NCBI GenBank assembly: GCA_965208185.1
Contig: OZ242321.1
Location: forward strand, 192,163 to 256,162
Source: Tepidiformaceae bacterium
GTDB lineage: Bacteria > Chloroflexota > Dehalococcoidia > Tepidiformales > Tepidiformaceae
DNA: 64,000 bases
Reading direction: 5' to 3'
The translations under genes were made by a program, and so were the position numbers. The notes beneath the pieces were generated by a model. That model searched no databases. It was not told the DNA's origin and worked only from the letters and a program-made list of their open reading frames with translations. Every line of letters begins with the position of its first letter. The first letter of the stretch is position 1. Shown here in pieces: positions 1-8,816 of the stretch.

Positions 1-289
1 GCGCGTTCGCCAGCCCGGCCGCCTCCCCGCCCAGGATCTCTGTCAGCTCCCGGTTGACGATGTCGATGACCTGCTGCGCGGGCGTCAGGCTCTTGAGCAC
101 GTCCGCGCCCAGCGCCTGCTCCCGCACGCTCGACGTGAACTGCCGAACGACGCGGAAATTCACGTCCGCTTCGAGCATCGCCAGCCGCACGTCGCGGAGA
201 ACCCGGTCGAGGTCCTCCTCGGTCACGGTGCCGCGACTCCCGAACCGCTGGAACGCGCCCTGCAGCTTGTCGGTGAGCGCTTCGAACAT
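1..289 (-). CDS. ffh: signal recognition particle protein Ffh, N-terminal fragment (gene runs off the left edge)
   Basis: Reverse translation from CAT at 287-289 reads MFEALTDKLQGAFQRFGSRGTVTEEDLDRVLRDVRLAMLEADVNFRVVRQFTSSVREQALGADVLKSLTPAQQVIDIVNRELTEILGG, a canonical Ffh/SRP54 N-domain. It is absent from the ORF track because it is truncated. The + ORF 54..323 is its antisense shadow. Confidence 0.85.
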   Translation of the reverse strand, partial: MFEALTDKLQGAFQRFGSRGTVTEEDLDRVLRDVRLAMLEADVNFRVVRQFTSSVREQALGADVLKSLTPAQQVIDIVNRELTEILGGEAAGLANA

Positions 290-319
290 GGCTCCGAGTG
301 TACCCCTGCGAGACGAGGA

Positions 320-1336
320 CTAGAGGCCGCGCTCCACGAGCATCGCGCTCAGGTCGCTCAGGCGGCAGGCGTAACCCCACTCGTTGTCGTACCAGGCCGC
401 CACCTTCACGAGGTTCCCGCCGACCACGTTCGTCGACCGCCCGTCGACGACGCTCGACCGCTCGTCGCCCTTCAGGTCCATCGAGACGACCGGGTCGTCG
501 GTGATGCCGAGGATGCCCTTCATCTGCTCCCCTGCCGTCTCCGCGACGATCGCGTTCACCTCTTCCTTCGAGGTCTCCTTCTCCGTCAGGGCCACGATCT
601 CGACGATCGAGACGGTCGGCGTCGGCACGCGGTAGGCGAGCCCGTCGAGCTTGCCCTCGACCTCGGGAATCACGAGGCGCAGCGCCCGCGCCGCCCCCGT
701 CGACGTCGGCACGATATTGAGCGGCCCCGAGCGCATCTCGCGCGGGTCGCCCCCACCCGCCTGGTCCAGGATCTTCTGCGAGCTCGTGTAGCTGTGGACC
801 GTCGTCATCTGGCCCTTCACCAGCCCGAAGTTATCGACCAGCACCTTCACTACCGGCGCCAGGCCGTTCGTCGTGCAGCTCGCGTTGGAGATGACGTGGT
901 GCGCCGAGGGGTCATAGCGCTCGTCGTTCACGCCCAGCACGACCGTGAGGTCCTCGTTCCGCGCCGGCGCGCTGATGACGACCTTCTTCACGCTGTCGCG
1001 CCGGTGCGCCGCCGCCTTCGTCGCGTCGGTGAAGAACCCGGTGGACTCGATCACGATCTCGACGCCTGCGGAACCCCATGGAATCTGCCCCGGATCGCGT
1101 TCGCTGAAGACCCTCACCAGCCGTCCGTCCACGGCGATGCCGTCGTCGGTCGCCCGCACGTCGCGGTCCCAGGGACCGTAGTTGCTGTCGTACTTCAGCA
1201 GGTTCGCGTTCGTCTCGACGTCGACCAGGTCGTTGATGGCGACCACCTCGAGCGTGTCGCCGTGCCGCTCGCTGATCGCCTTGAAGACCTGCCTGCCGAT
1301 CCGTCCGAAGCCGTTGATTCCAATCTTGGTCGCCAC
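320..1336 (-). CDS. gap: type I glyceraldehyde-3-phosphate dehydrogenase
   Basis: ORF 320..1420 trimmed to the GTG at 1336 (V-ATKIGINGFGRIGRQ). Has the INGFGRIGR NAD motif and the SNASCTTN catalytic Cys motif; 338 aa. Confidence 0.95.
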   Translation of the reverse strand: MATKIGINGFGRIGRQVFKAISERHGDTLEVVAINDLVDVETNANLLKYDSNYGPWDRDVRATDDGIAVDGRLVRVFSERDPGQIPWGSAGVEIVIESTGFFTDATKAAAHRRDSVKKVVISAPARNEDLTVVLGVNDERYDPSAHHVISNASCTTNGLAPVVKVLVDNFGLVKGQMTTVHSYTSSQKILDQAGGGDPREMRSGPLNIVPTSTGAARALRLVIPEVEGKLDGLAYRVPTPTVSIVEIVALTEKETSKEEVNAIVAETAGEQMKGILGITDDPVVSMDLKGDERSSVVDGRSTNVVGGNLVKVAAWYDNEWGYACRLSDLSAMLVERGL

Positions 1337-1371
1337 CGTGTACCCCGTTGTGTTGAGTAGGTGGGTGAAGC

Positions 1372-2067
1372 CTAGCCCCCGTTCGGCGCAGGCGATAGCC
1401 CGACCGCCCGGAGCCCCCACAGGAGCACTTTCGCCGCCTCAGCCGGCGCCGCCAGCTCCCCGCCGCCGTCCCCTTCCGCCCGTGGCGACCACCCCGCCCG
1501 CAGCCCCACCAGCCCCATCCCCCGCGCCGCCTCTATGTCCCGCGCTTCGGCCCCCACGAACACGCACCCCTCCGCCTCCCGCCCGAAATACGAGAGGCAC
1601 TCCGCTGCCCGCGTCCCCACCGCCCACGCCTCCCCCTCCGGCGTCGCCGAAAGCACCGTCAGGAACCGGTCGACGCCCGTCGCCTGCGTCTGCTTGAGCG
1701 CGATCGCGTGCGGCAGCCGCGAGATCGCCCCGATCTCGATGCGCGCCGCCCGGATGTCGTCGAGCGCCATGCCCGTCCCGTCGAACACGAGCAGCCGTTT
1801 CATCGCGCTCCGCCCCTCAATGCGCGCGCACAGCTCCTCCGCCCGGCGCCGCTCCTCCGCGTCGTCGAGCAGAATCGCGAGGCTGTCGCGCCAGGGACGG
1901 CGGTGGTACTCCTCGACCAGCGGGCGCGCGTCGATGCGCCGGTTGGCGACGCTCATCAGCGTCTCCTCTAGCGTGTAGCGCCACGCCGGACGGCTGTCGA
2001 TGAGCGTCTCGTCGAGGTCGAAGATGACCGCCCGGTAGGCGGGCTCGAACGTGCGTCCGGAGGTCAC
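1372..2067 (-). CDS. HAD-superfamily hydrolase (phosphatase-like)
   Basis: 231-aa ORF with the N-terminal DxDxT motif (AVIFDLDETLIDS). Confidence 0.75.
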   Translation of the reverse strand: MTSGRTFEPAYRAVIFDLDETLIDSRPAWRYTLEETLMSVANRRIDARPLVEEYHRRPWRDSLAILLDDAEERRRAEELCARIEGRSAMKRLLVFDGTGMALDDIRAARIEIGAISRLPHAIALKQTQATGVDRFLTVLSATPEGEAWAVGTRAAECLSYFGREAEGCVFVGAEARDIEAARGMGLVGLRAGWSPRAEGDGGGELAAPAEAAKVLLWGLRAVGLSPAPNGG

Positions 2068-2073
2068 TGCCGG

Positions 2074-2664
2074 TTAGGAGTCGCCGGCGAGCGCGGCGAG
2101 GGCGGCCTCGTAGTCGTCCGGGGTGTTCAGGTCGAGGAGGCAGCGTTCATCGCTTGGCACGTCGACGATCTCGTTCACATGCGCCTCCATCACGCCCCGC
2201 AGCCCCCGCTCGTCCTCGGTCGCGGCCAGCAGCTCGTTCCGCAGCCGACCAGCCACCACGACGGGATGGCCGTGCCGGTCGCCATGAACCGGACGCGTCG
2301 CGCTGTCCGCGGACGTGTGCCCCTCGATGACGGACCGGATCAGGTCCGCCGGGCGCGGCTGATCGACGTTCAGCAGCACGATCGCCGAAGCCTCCGGGCT
2401 AACTGCCTTCGCCCCCGCCCGCAGAGACCCCGCCCGCCCCAGCTGGTAGACCGGGTTCAGGACGCTCCGGTAGGTGAGACCGTGCAGCTTCCGGTGGATG
2501 TCGTCAGCGCGATACCCGAGCACCACCACAACCTCATCTACCCCCGCCTCCTGCAGCTGCCGGATCTGGTAGCAGATCAACGGCTCCCCTCCCCAGTCGA
2601 GCAACGCCTTCGGCTGCCCCATGCGGGTCGACATGCCCGCCGCGAGGAGGATGCTGGAAATCAT
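2074..2664 (-). CDS. MobA/MocA-like nucleotidyltransferase (molybdenum cofactor cytidylyl/guanylyl-transferase family)
   Basis: N-terminus MISSILLAAGMSTRMGQPKALLDWGG is the LAAGxSxRMG signature of MobA-like NTP transferases. Confidence 0.75.
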   Translation of the reverse strand: MISSILLAAGMSTRMGQPKALLDWGGEPLICYQIRQLQEAGVDEVVVVLGYRADDIHRKLHGLTYRSVLNPVYQLGRAGSLRAGAKAVSPEASAIVLLNVDQPRPADLIRSVIEGHTSADSATRPVHGDRHGHPVVVAGRLRNELLAATEDERGLRGVMEAHVNEIVDVPSDERCLLDLNTPDDYEAALAALAGDS

Positions 2665-2729
2665 GCTAATCGCGCCCCTTTACGTGCCCGCAGTCTAGGC
2701 GTGGCGCGCGGTTGGGGCGAACCTTGCGC

Positions 2730-3041
2730 CTAGATTGGCTGTACGCCCCGCTTCTCCACCACCACGTCCCCCTCGACGTGCGCCTGGCACGCCAGCCGCA
2801 ACCGCGGATCCTCGATCGAACGCACCCCCCGCTGGCGGATCAGGTTCTCGCGTTCGTAGCGACCCATCGTACTCAGCCGCCCCACCCCCGAGATGACCTC
2901 CATGGCGCAGTTCGTGCACTCCCCGATCTTGTCGCAGCCGATCGGCCAGAAGTAGCCCTCCGCGCAGACGGCGTCCATCACCGTCTCGCCGTACGGCGCC
3001 TCGACTTCGATTCCCAGCGGCTCAACCCGAACGCGCGGCAT
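2730..3041 (-). CDS. 2Fe-2S ferredoxin-like protein
   Basis: 103 aa. Cys pattern C-x..-C-x5-C-x2-C ... C (CAEGYFWPIGCDKIGECTNCAMEV ... LACQAHV) and a ferredoxin-like beta-grasp N-terminus (VRVEPLGIEVEAPYGETVMDA). Confidence 0.7.
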   Translation of the reverse strand: MPRVRVEPLGIEVEAPYGETVMDAVCAEGYFWPIGCDKIGECTNCAMEVISGVGRLSTMGRYERENLIRQRGVRSIEDPRLRLACQAHVEGDVVVEKRGVQPI

Positions 3042-3053
3042 GGCTTCAGCTTA

Positions 3054-4484
3054 CTACCCCTGCACCCAGACGCCTTCCACGGGCACATCAATGGCGGTGT
3101 CGCTCCAGAACGCCCCGTTCGGCGCTGCCGCCGGCTCAGGGTCGTGCGGCCCCGCCCGGATCGCCTCGAACGCCTCGCTCATCGATGTCGCGAACGCGAC
3201 CGGCGCCCCGATCCCCTCCGCCACCTCCGCCACCGTCATGCTGTCGAGAAAGCGCTCGCCGAAGTAGTCGAGGCTCGTGCGCGGCAGCAGCACGAGGTCC
3301 GCCTCGATCCCGGCCAGGGTCCTCACGTAGTCGCCGCCACTCAGCAGCCCGCTCACGTTCACCCGTTCGCCGAACAGGGTGTTGGTCACCGGGTGGACGC
3401 TCCCGACAACGCCCGTCTCGGCGCCGAACGCCTCGGTCAGCCGCGTCAGCGTCGGCCCGATGAGCGTCCCGCACGCGATCACGACGCGCTTCCCCGCCAT
3501 CCCGGCCGCGGGCGCCGCCCGCAATCGCCGGCGTAGCCGCGACCAGTCGTCGAGCAGCGTCCGCACCATGCCGATGCCGTTCTCGTACTGCGGGAACCCA
3601 TCGTAGCGGGCTGCTGCCGGAACAGGGCGTCCCGCTGCCAGGTAGTACTCGTCTGCGCACTGCACCACGCTCTTGCCGTGCGCTTCCTCGCAGCCGCGCT
3701 GGAAGCGCCGGATCGTCGCGATCAGCGAGCGCGCGAAGCCGTGCTCGGGGGCGACGAGTTCGATCCCGTCCCGGTCCCGGGACCACTCTTCCAGCCGCGG
3801 GCTCGCCCCCACTGGCACCACCGAGACGGTCTGAACGGTCGGATACAGCCCCGTCAGGTCGCGCAGCGAGCGCTCCAGCGCCTCGCCGTCGTTCACGCCC
3901 GGCGTCAGCACGATCTGCGTGTGCGCGACCAGTCCAAGGTCCCGCAGTCGTTCGAGCTGCGCGACCACGTCCGGCGCGCGCTCGTTCCCCAGCAGCTTGC
4001 GCCGCAGATCCACGTCGGTCGCGTGCACCGAGACGTTCAGGGGGCTCAGGCGCTGCTCCTCGAGCCGCGCCCAGTCGTCCCCCGTCAGGTTCGTGAGCGT
4101 CACGAAATTGCCGTGCAGGAAGCTCAGCCGGTAGTCGTCGTCCTTCAGGTAGAGCGGCTTGCGCAGCCCCTTCGGCAGCCCCTTCAGGAAGCAGAAGAAG
4201 CACGTGTTGTTGCACACCTGCACGCCGTCCCACGTGGCCCGCTCGAACGCCATTCCCAGGTCCTCATCCGGGTCCTTCTCGAACACGACGAGGTCCTCGC
4301 TCCCGTCCGCCTTGCGGAAGCGCACCGTGATCTCGGGCTCGGCCGCATAGAACTGGTAGTCGACCGCATCGCGAAGGGCCCGTCCGTCGATCGCGACGAT
4401 CGCGTCGCCGGGTACGATGCCAGCCGCTTCAGCGAGGGAACCGTGGACGACGGACGAGACGACGCCGCCCTCCGGCGCCTTCAC
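3054..4484 (-). CDS. DUF512-family radical-SAM-like protein with N-terminal PDZ domain
   Basis: C-terminal 476 aa of ORF 3054..5120, starting at GTG 4484, which overlaps the plsC stop (GTGA). PDZ-like GSLAEAAGIVPGDAIVAIDG and a CX3CX2C motif (CNNTCFFC). The upstream part of the 688-aa ORF overlaps plsC and is not coding. Confidence 0.8.
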   Translation of the reverse strand: MKAPEGGVVSSVVHGSLAEAAGIVPGDAIVAIDGRALRDAVDYQFYAAEPEITVRFRKADGSEDLVVFEKDPDEDLGMAFERATWDGVQVCNNTCFFCFLKGLPKGLRKPLYLKDDDYRLSFLHGNFVTLTNLTGDDWARLEEQRLSPLNVSVHATDVDLRRKLLGNERAPDVVAQLERLRDLGLVAHTQIVLTPGVNDGEALERSLRDLTGLYPTVQTVSVVPVGASPRLEEWSRDRDGIELVAPEHGFARSLIATIRRFQRGCEEAHGKSVVQCADEYYLAAGRPVPAAARYDGFPQYENGIGMVRTLLDDWSRLRRRLRAAPAAGMAGKRVVIACGTLIGPTLTRLTEAFGAETGVVGSVHPVTNTLFGERVNVSGLLSGGDYVRTLAGIEADLVLLPRTSLDYFGERFLDSMTVAEVAEGIGAPVAFATSMSEAFEAIRAGPHDPEPAAAPNGAFWSDTAIDVPVEGVWVQG

Positions 4485-5143
4485 GCCGCCTCGGCCTCGT
4501 GTTCGAGCCGCAAAGCCTCCAGCTCCTCCCGGATTCGTTCGGTGAGCTCCTCCACCTGCTTCCCCAACGGCCCCTCTTCCCGTTCCACCGGAAACGGCTT
4601 CCCGATGCGCACCGTCAGCGTGGGGCGTGGGAAGAGGTTGCCCTTCTTCCCGAGGTGGTTGGTGTTGAAAACGCGAACCGGCAGGATGGATGTGTTCGTC
4701 CGCAACGCGATCAACGCGGTTCCCCCCTGCAGCGGCCCGAGATCGCCCGTCTTGCTGCGCGTGCCCTCCGGGAACATCCCCAGCAGGCCTCCACTGCGCA
4801 CCTCCGCTTCGGCCTTTCGCATGGCGTTCCGGTCGGACGCTCCCCGGTACAACCTGATCGGGTTCCAACCGACGACGAACGGCGTGAGGATGTACCGGAA
4901 CAGCTGCTCCTTCGCCATGAACCGGATATAGCGCCGGCGCGGCGCAAACGCGATCGCAAGCATCATCGGGTCCACGTTCCCCAGGTGGCTCGATGCGAGG
5001 ATGAGCGGCCCGCCCGGAACGTTCTTCCGGCCCCTCACGTGCCACCGCGCCATCAGCAACAGGATCGCGTACGAGGTCCACACCGACCACCAGTAGAAAC
5101 ACGGTACGTAGATCGACCACAGGAAGCGTCCCACTGCCTTCAC
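4481..5143 (-). CDS. plsC: 1-acyl-sn-glycerol-3-phosphate acyltransferase
   Basis: HX4D motif (SSHLGNVD) and the FPEGTRS motif; 220 aa. Its start overlaps the stop of the upstream gene. Confidence 0.9.
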   Translation of the reverse strand: MKAVGRFLWSIYVPCFYWWSVWTSYAILLLMARWHVRGRKNVPGGPLILASSHLGNVDPMMLAIAFAPRRRYIRFMAKEQLFRYILTPFVVGWNPIRLYRGASDRNAMRKAEAEVRSGGLLGMFPEGTRSKTGDLGPLQGGTALIALRTNTSILPVRVFNTNHLGKKGNLFPRPTLTVRIGKPFPVEREEGPLGKQVEELTERIREELEALRLEHEAEAA

Positions 5144-6615
5144 GTCGTTCGCTCCTCTATCGCAGCTGTCGCTGCCGCAATCATCGCACCGGCGTCCAGT
5201 TTCCCGCTGTCGATGACGATAGCCCCCTCCGGCACGACCAGGGGGCTTGCTACCCGCGTGCTATCGATCGTGTCGCGCCCGCTGATATCCCGCTCCGCCT
5301 CGGTCGCGCTCTGCCGCTCCCCCCACTCCGTCGCCTGCTCGCCCCGCCGCTGCGCCCGCACCTCCTCCGACGCATCCAGGTAGAACTTCACCGGCGCCCC
5401 TGTCAGCACCACCGACCCGATGTCCCGCCCCACCAGCAGCGACGGCTGCATCGCCGCGAAGAAGCGCTGCTGCGCGACCAGCTCGTGCCGCACTCCCTCG
5501 ATCGCTGCGTAGTCGCTCACCGCCCCCTCCACCTCCGGCGCCCGCAGCAGGTCCGTTACGTCCTCGTCGAGCAGGCGAACGCGCGCCTCGCTGCCTTCAA
5601 TAGCGAGCCGCAGGTCGCCGCTCCCCGCCAGTTCGGTGCAGGCGTCGGCGTCGCTGGCGGGCACGCCAGCGCGCTGCGCCGCCAGCGCGATCGCCCGGTA
5701 CATCAGCCCCGTATCCAGCAGGACGTACCCGAAACGCTCGACGAGCGCGCGTGCCAGCGTGCTCTTTCCGGAGGCGGCGGGCCCGTCGATCGCGATCGGA
5801 TGGGGTGGTTGCGGTTTCATCGGCGGTTCAGGTTCGGCCGTCGAGGCCGGCGCCATGCTACCGCGCTCTCGCGCTTCTGCTCGCTTCGCCGCGCCGTAGA
5901 GCGCCTCGACCTCCTCCGGCGTTAGTTCCCGGTGCTCCCCCTGCTCCAGCGTTCCCAGAGCGAGCGGCCCGATGCGGATGCGCCGCAGCGTCACGACTCG
6001 TCTCCCAACCACCGAGAGCATCCGCCGGATCTCCCGCTTGCGCCCCCCGTGCAGCGTGACCAGCAGCCAACGCGCGTCGGGATGGTCGGGCGATCCGCTC
6101 GGGCTCACCACCTGCACCGAGTCGGCCTTGAGCCGCTCCCCCTCGTGCCGCACCCCCCGCACCAGCCGCTCCCGCCCCCGCTTCCCCAGCGGCTGGTCGA
6201 TCGCGACCAGGTACTCCTTCGAGACCTCGTGCCTGGGGTGCGTGAGCAACTCCGTCAGCGCCCCGTCGTTCGTGAGCAGGATTAGCCCCTCGCTCTCGAG
6301 GTCCAGCCTGCCGACTGGGCGGAGCGTCGCGTCGGGAATGTCGACCAGCGATGTGACCGTCGGCCGCCCCCGGTCGTCCCGCACCGCCGAGAGGACGCCG
6401 GTCGGCTTGTGCAGCGCCACGTACCGGTAGCGCTCCCGCGACACCGGCACCCCGTCGACCGTAATCTCGTCCTTGTCCGGATCCGCCCGCGCCCCCAGCG
6501 TGTCGATCGTCTTGCCGTTCACGGACACGCGTCCCTCCACGATCATCGCTTCCGCCGCGCGCCGCGACGCCACGCCCGCGTTCGACAGGATTTTCTGCAG
6601 CCGCTCAACCACCAC
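5140..6615 (-). CDS. single ORF fusing an RluB-type pseudouridine synthase (N-terminal) to cytidylate kinase (C-terminal)
   Basis: Residues 1-245 carry an S4 domain (RLQKILSNAGVASRRAAEAMIVEGRVSVNG) and the RsuA/RluB catalytic motif VGRLDLESEGLILLTNDG. Residues ~266-491 carry the Cmk P-loop IAIDGPAASGKST and LLDTGLMYRA. There is no stop between the two domains. An internal ATG (M266) lies at 5820. Confidence 0.85.
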   Translation of the reverse strand: MVVERLQKILSNAGVASRRAAEAMIVEGRVSVNGKTIDTLGARADPDKDEITVDGVPVSRERYRYVALHKPTGVLSAVRDDRGRPTVTSLVDIPDATLRPVGRLDLESEGLILLTNDGALTELLTHPRHEVSKEYLVAIDQPLGKRGRERLVRGVRHEGERLKADSVQVVSPSGSPDHPDARWLLVTLHGGRKREIRRMLSVVGRRVVTLRRIRIGPLALGTLEQGEHRELTPEEVEALYGAAKRAEARERGSMAPASTAEPEPPMKPQPPHPIAIDGPAASGKSTLARALVERFGYVLLDTGLMYRAIALAAQRAGVPASDADACTELAGSGDLRLAIEGSEARVRLLDEDVTDLLRAPEVEGAVSDYAAIEGVRHELVAQQRFFAAMQPSLLVGRDIGSVVLTGAPVKFYLDASEEVRAQRRGEQATEWGERQSATEAERDISGRDTIDSTRVASPLVVPEGAIVIDSGKLDAGAMIAAATAAIEERTT

Positions 6616-7486
6616 GACGCCACCTCCCTATCCCTACCTGCCACGCCCCCCGCAGGGCCACCAGTACCAGCACGATACTCGCCCCCGCCGCCGCTCCCAG
6701 TACGATCCATGGCGTGGGACCGCCCGGCTCCCGCTCGAACCGGGTCGGCAGCGGGACCGGCGTCCGCACAGGCTGGGGGGTCCCATCGGGAACGGCAGCC
6801 ATCGTCCCGACCGGAGCCGGCGTGGGCGCCGCCTCGGCCGCGACCGGCGACCCGTGCTCGGCTGGCGTCGCTGTCGCCGTCACGCTAGCGAACGCGTTTG
6901 CGCCGCCGGGCGACGGACGCTGCGTCACGCCCCAGCGTTCCGAGCCCGCGACGCCCTCGTAGGCGCGCGCGCCAAGCGTCGCGCCGGACCCAGCAGCGGC
7001 AGGCGGTGAGTCGAACACCTCCCTATTCTCCCCAAACGACAGCGCATCGACGACTTCCCCTGCCGGCGACAGCAGCCGGATCGAGTCCCCGGCGTTGTTC
7101 AGACCGTTCCCGATAGTCCCGTCCGGCGCCCGCACCACGAGCACGTTCACCGGCAGAACGGCCGCCTCCGCCGCCACCACCACGAACCCGCCCGGCGGCA
7201 CCTCCACCCCCGGCAGCACGTCGATCGAGCTCCCGTCGCCAATCGCCCACCCTGCCGTGCTCACGACCACCGAAGAGGTGTTCACGAGCTCGACCCACTC
7301 GTAGGCGCGGTCCACCCCCGGCTCGACCGGGTCCGCCAGCACCTCCGAGATTCGCAACGCGGGCGGCCCATCCTCCCTCTGTTCCGGAACGGCCTCAGTG
7401 GCAGGGGAAGACGGCATGGAGGTAGCTACCGATGACGCTGCGGTCGGGGTCGGCCTCTCGGTCGGAGCGGGGGCCGTTCTTGGGGT

Positions 7487-7727
7487 GGTGGGTGTAGGAG
7501 TGGCCGTCGGGGTGGGTGTTGGGGTGGGCGTAGGAGTCGGTGTGGGAGTAGGCGTGGGAGTCGAAGTGGGAGTAGGCGTGGGAGTGGGTGTAGGTGTAGG
7601 TGTAGGAGTGGCCGTCGGGGTAGGTGTTGGGGTGGGCGTAGGAGTCGGAGTGGGGGTAGGAGTGGGCGTGGGAGTGGGCGTGGGTGTAGGCGTAGGCGTA
7701 GGCGTGGGAGTCGGCGTAGGGGTGGGC
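7487..7727 (-). repeat. imperfect hexanucleotide tandem repeat encoding a ~75-residue (Pro-Thr)n linker, with a ~108-nt higher-order duplication
   Basis: The plus strand shows repeated ggtgt/ggcgt/ggagt units. The block gtaggagtggccgtcggggtRggtgttggggtgggcgtaggagtcgg occurs twice (about 7494-7540 and 7602-7648). Confidence 0.85.
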
Positions 7728-8192
7728 GCCTCCCCGACCCCGAACCGAGCGTCGTCGAACACCACCACCGCCCCGCTCTCCGACCACGGCTGGAACATCA
7801 GCCGCAGCACCGCCGACCGCGCCCCCACCGGCGCCTGTGCCGGTCCCACCGACAGTGCCGTCCACGACCGGCTTCCCGACCCCTCCCCCGTCACCGTCCG
7901 CAGCTGCCGCCCGCTCCCGTCCCCCGACGCGTACCAGCGATCCGCAGAAAGACCTGCCCCTGCCCCGTCACCACCCGGCCCCACGCCTGCCCCTCGTACC
8001 ACCCCCCGCCCTCGACCGTGACCGCCTGGTACAGCCACTTCGTCGAGGACGTTGCCGACGTGAGAAAGGCGGCCCGCTCCCCGGTGCGTGCCAGGGAAGC
8101 CGCCCCCATCCCCCCGCCCTGGCCCCACCAGCCCACCGGCCTCCCGTCCCGCGTTTCCTCGAACCCGCCGTTGTACAGACCCGGACCGATGG

Positions 8193-8262
8193 GAGGAGGT
8201 GTCGGCGTGGGCGTTGGCGTGGGGGTGGGTGTTGGCGTTGGTGTAGGCGTGGGCGTCGGGCG
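8193..8262 (-). repeat. second, shorter (Pro-Thr)n-coding hexanucleotide repeat in the same gene
   Basis: ggtgtcggcgtgggcgttggcgtgggggtgggtgttggcgttggtgtaggcgtgggcgtcggg encodes RPTPTPTPTPTPTPTPTPTPP. Confidence 0.85.
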
Positions 8263-8711
8263 TGCCCTGACCGGACGCGGCGCCGTCACCTGCACGACCC
8301 CCAGCCCCTCGAGGCTCGTGCCCGCGCACCCCGCCGTCCCCGCCACCTGCACGGTCGCGATGTACAACGCCGCCCCCTCCGGCGCGACCACGCTCGCTGT
8401 GAGGGTCACCGGAGTCCCGTACAGGTTGGCCGGCTCCACCTCCCGGGCCATCGGCCGGGCGTTGTCGTCGAGGATCTCGAGCGTCAGCCTCGCCGTCTCC
8501 GCCCCCTCCCCCGGCCGCACCGTCACCGACGCCCGGTAGGTCGCGCCCGTCGCCAACCCGCTCACCCTCCCGCATTCCTCGCGTTCCTGCCCGCGAACCG
8601 ATCCGCCCCAGCCCAGCACAACGACAGCCGTGATCACGGCCGCAACCACTGCCACCAGCACCTTTGGCGAAAACAACGGTGGAGACTAGCACACTCGTCC
8701 TCCCTACAGCG

Positions 8712-8740
8712 TTGACACCCGCCCCACCGGCCCGAACAAT
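8712..8740 (+). promoter_or_regulatory. putative sigma-70-type promoter for the ADH gene
   Basis: TTGACA (8712-8717), 17-nt spacer, AACAAT (8735-8740). This lies ~75 nt upstream of ATG 8817, which is preceded by AGGAGG. Confidence 0.35.
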
Positions 8741-8816
8741 GCGGCCCGTCCCCGGTTCGGATCGACCGGTCGTGGACCCGCTCCCGGGGCGAATCTGAGC
8801 ACTCCAGGAGGTCCCC

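Larger units (their letters stand above)
6605..8676 (-). pseudogene. frameshifted gene for a membrane-anchored surface protein (N-terminal TM, unknown domain, PT linker, CBM4_9-like domain, long PT linker, lamin-tail domain, C-terminal TM)
   Basis: ORF 7891..8676 (MFSPKVLVAVVAAVITAVVVLG ... LYNGGFEETRDGRPVGWW ... GQGQVFLRI) breaks mid-domain. The domain continues in another frame, inside ORF 6605..9529 (..WYASGDGSGRQL ... AVLRLMFQP ... VVVFDDARFGV). That frame then gives (PT)n, an LTD (LRISEVLADP...YEWVELVNTS...STAGWAIGDG) and a TM tail (WIVLGAAAGASIVLVLVAL). The frame switch is near 7936-7941. Confidence 0.6.

Noticed and set aside
3054-5120. N-terminal extensions of several track ORFs: 3054..5120, 51754..53832, 43039..43926, 50008..50787, 12444..14930, 17996..19411, 29285..30475, 55108..55929, 55578..57035
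   Set aside because: The extensions overlap the neighbouring well-supported gene or consist of low-complexity sequence. Internal starts that coincide with the family N-termini (often with 4-nt stop/start overlaps) were used instead.
7395-8021. ORFs encoding GVGVGVGV... (7398..8021 +) and HSHAYAYTH... (7395..7865 -) repeats; also considered as a CRISPR-like repeat array
   Set aside because: They are the alternative frames and strand of the (Pro-Thr)n-coding hexanucleotide repeat. The period is 6 nt with no spacers, so this is not a CRISPR array.
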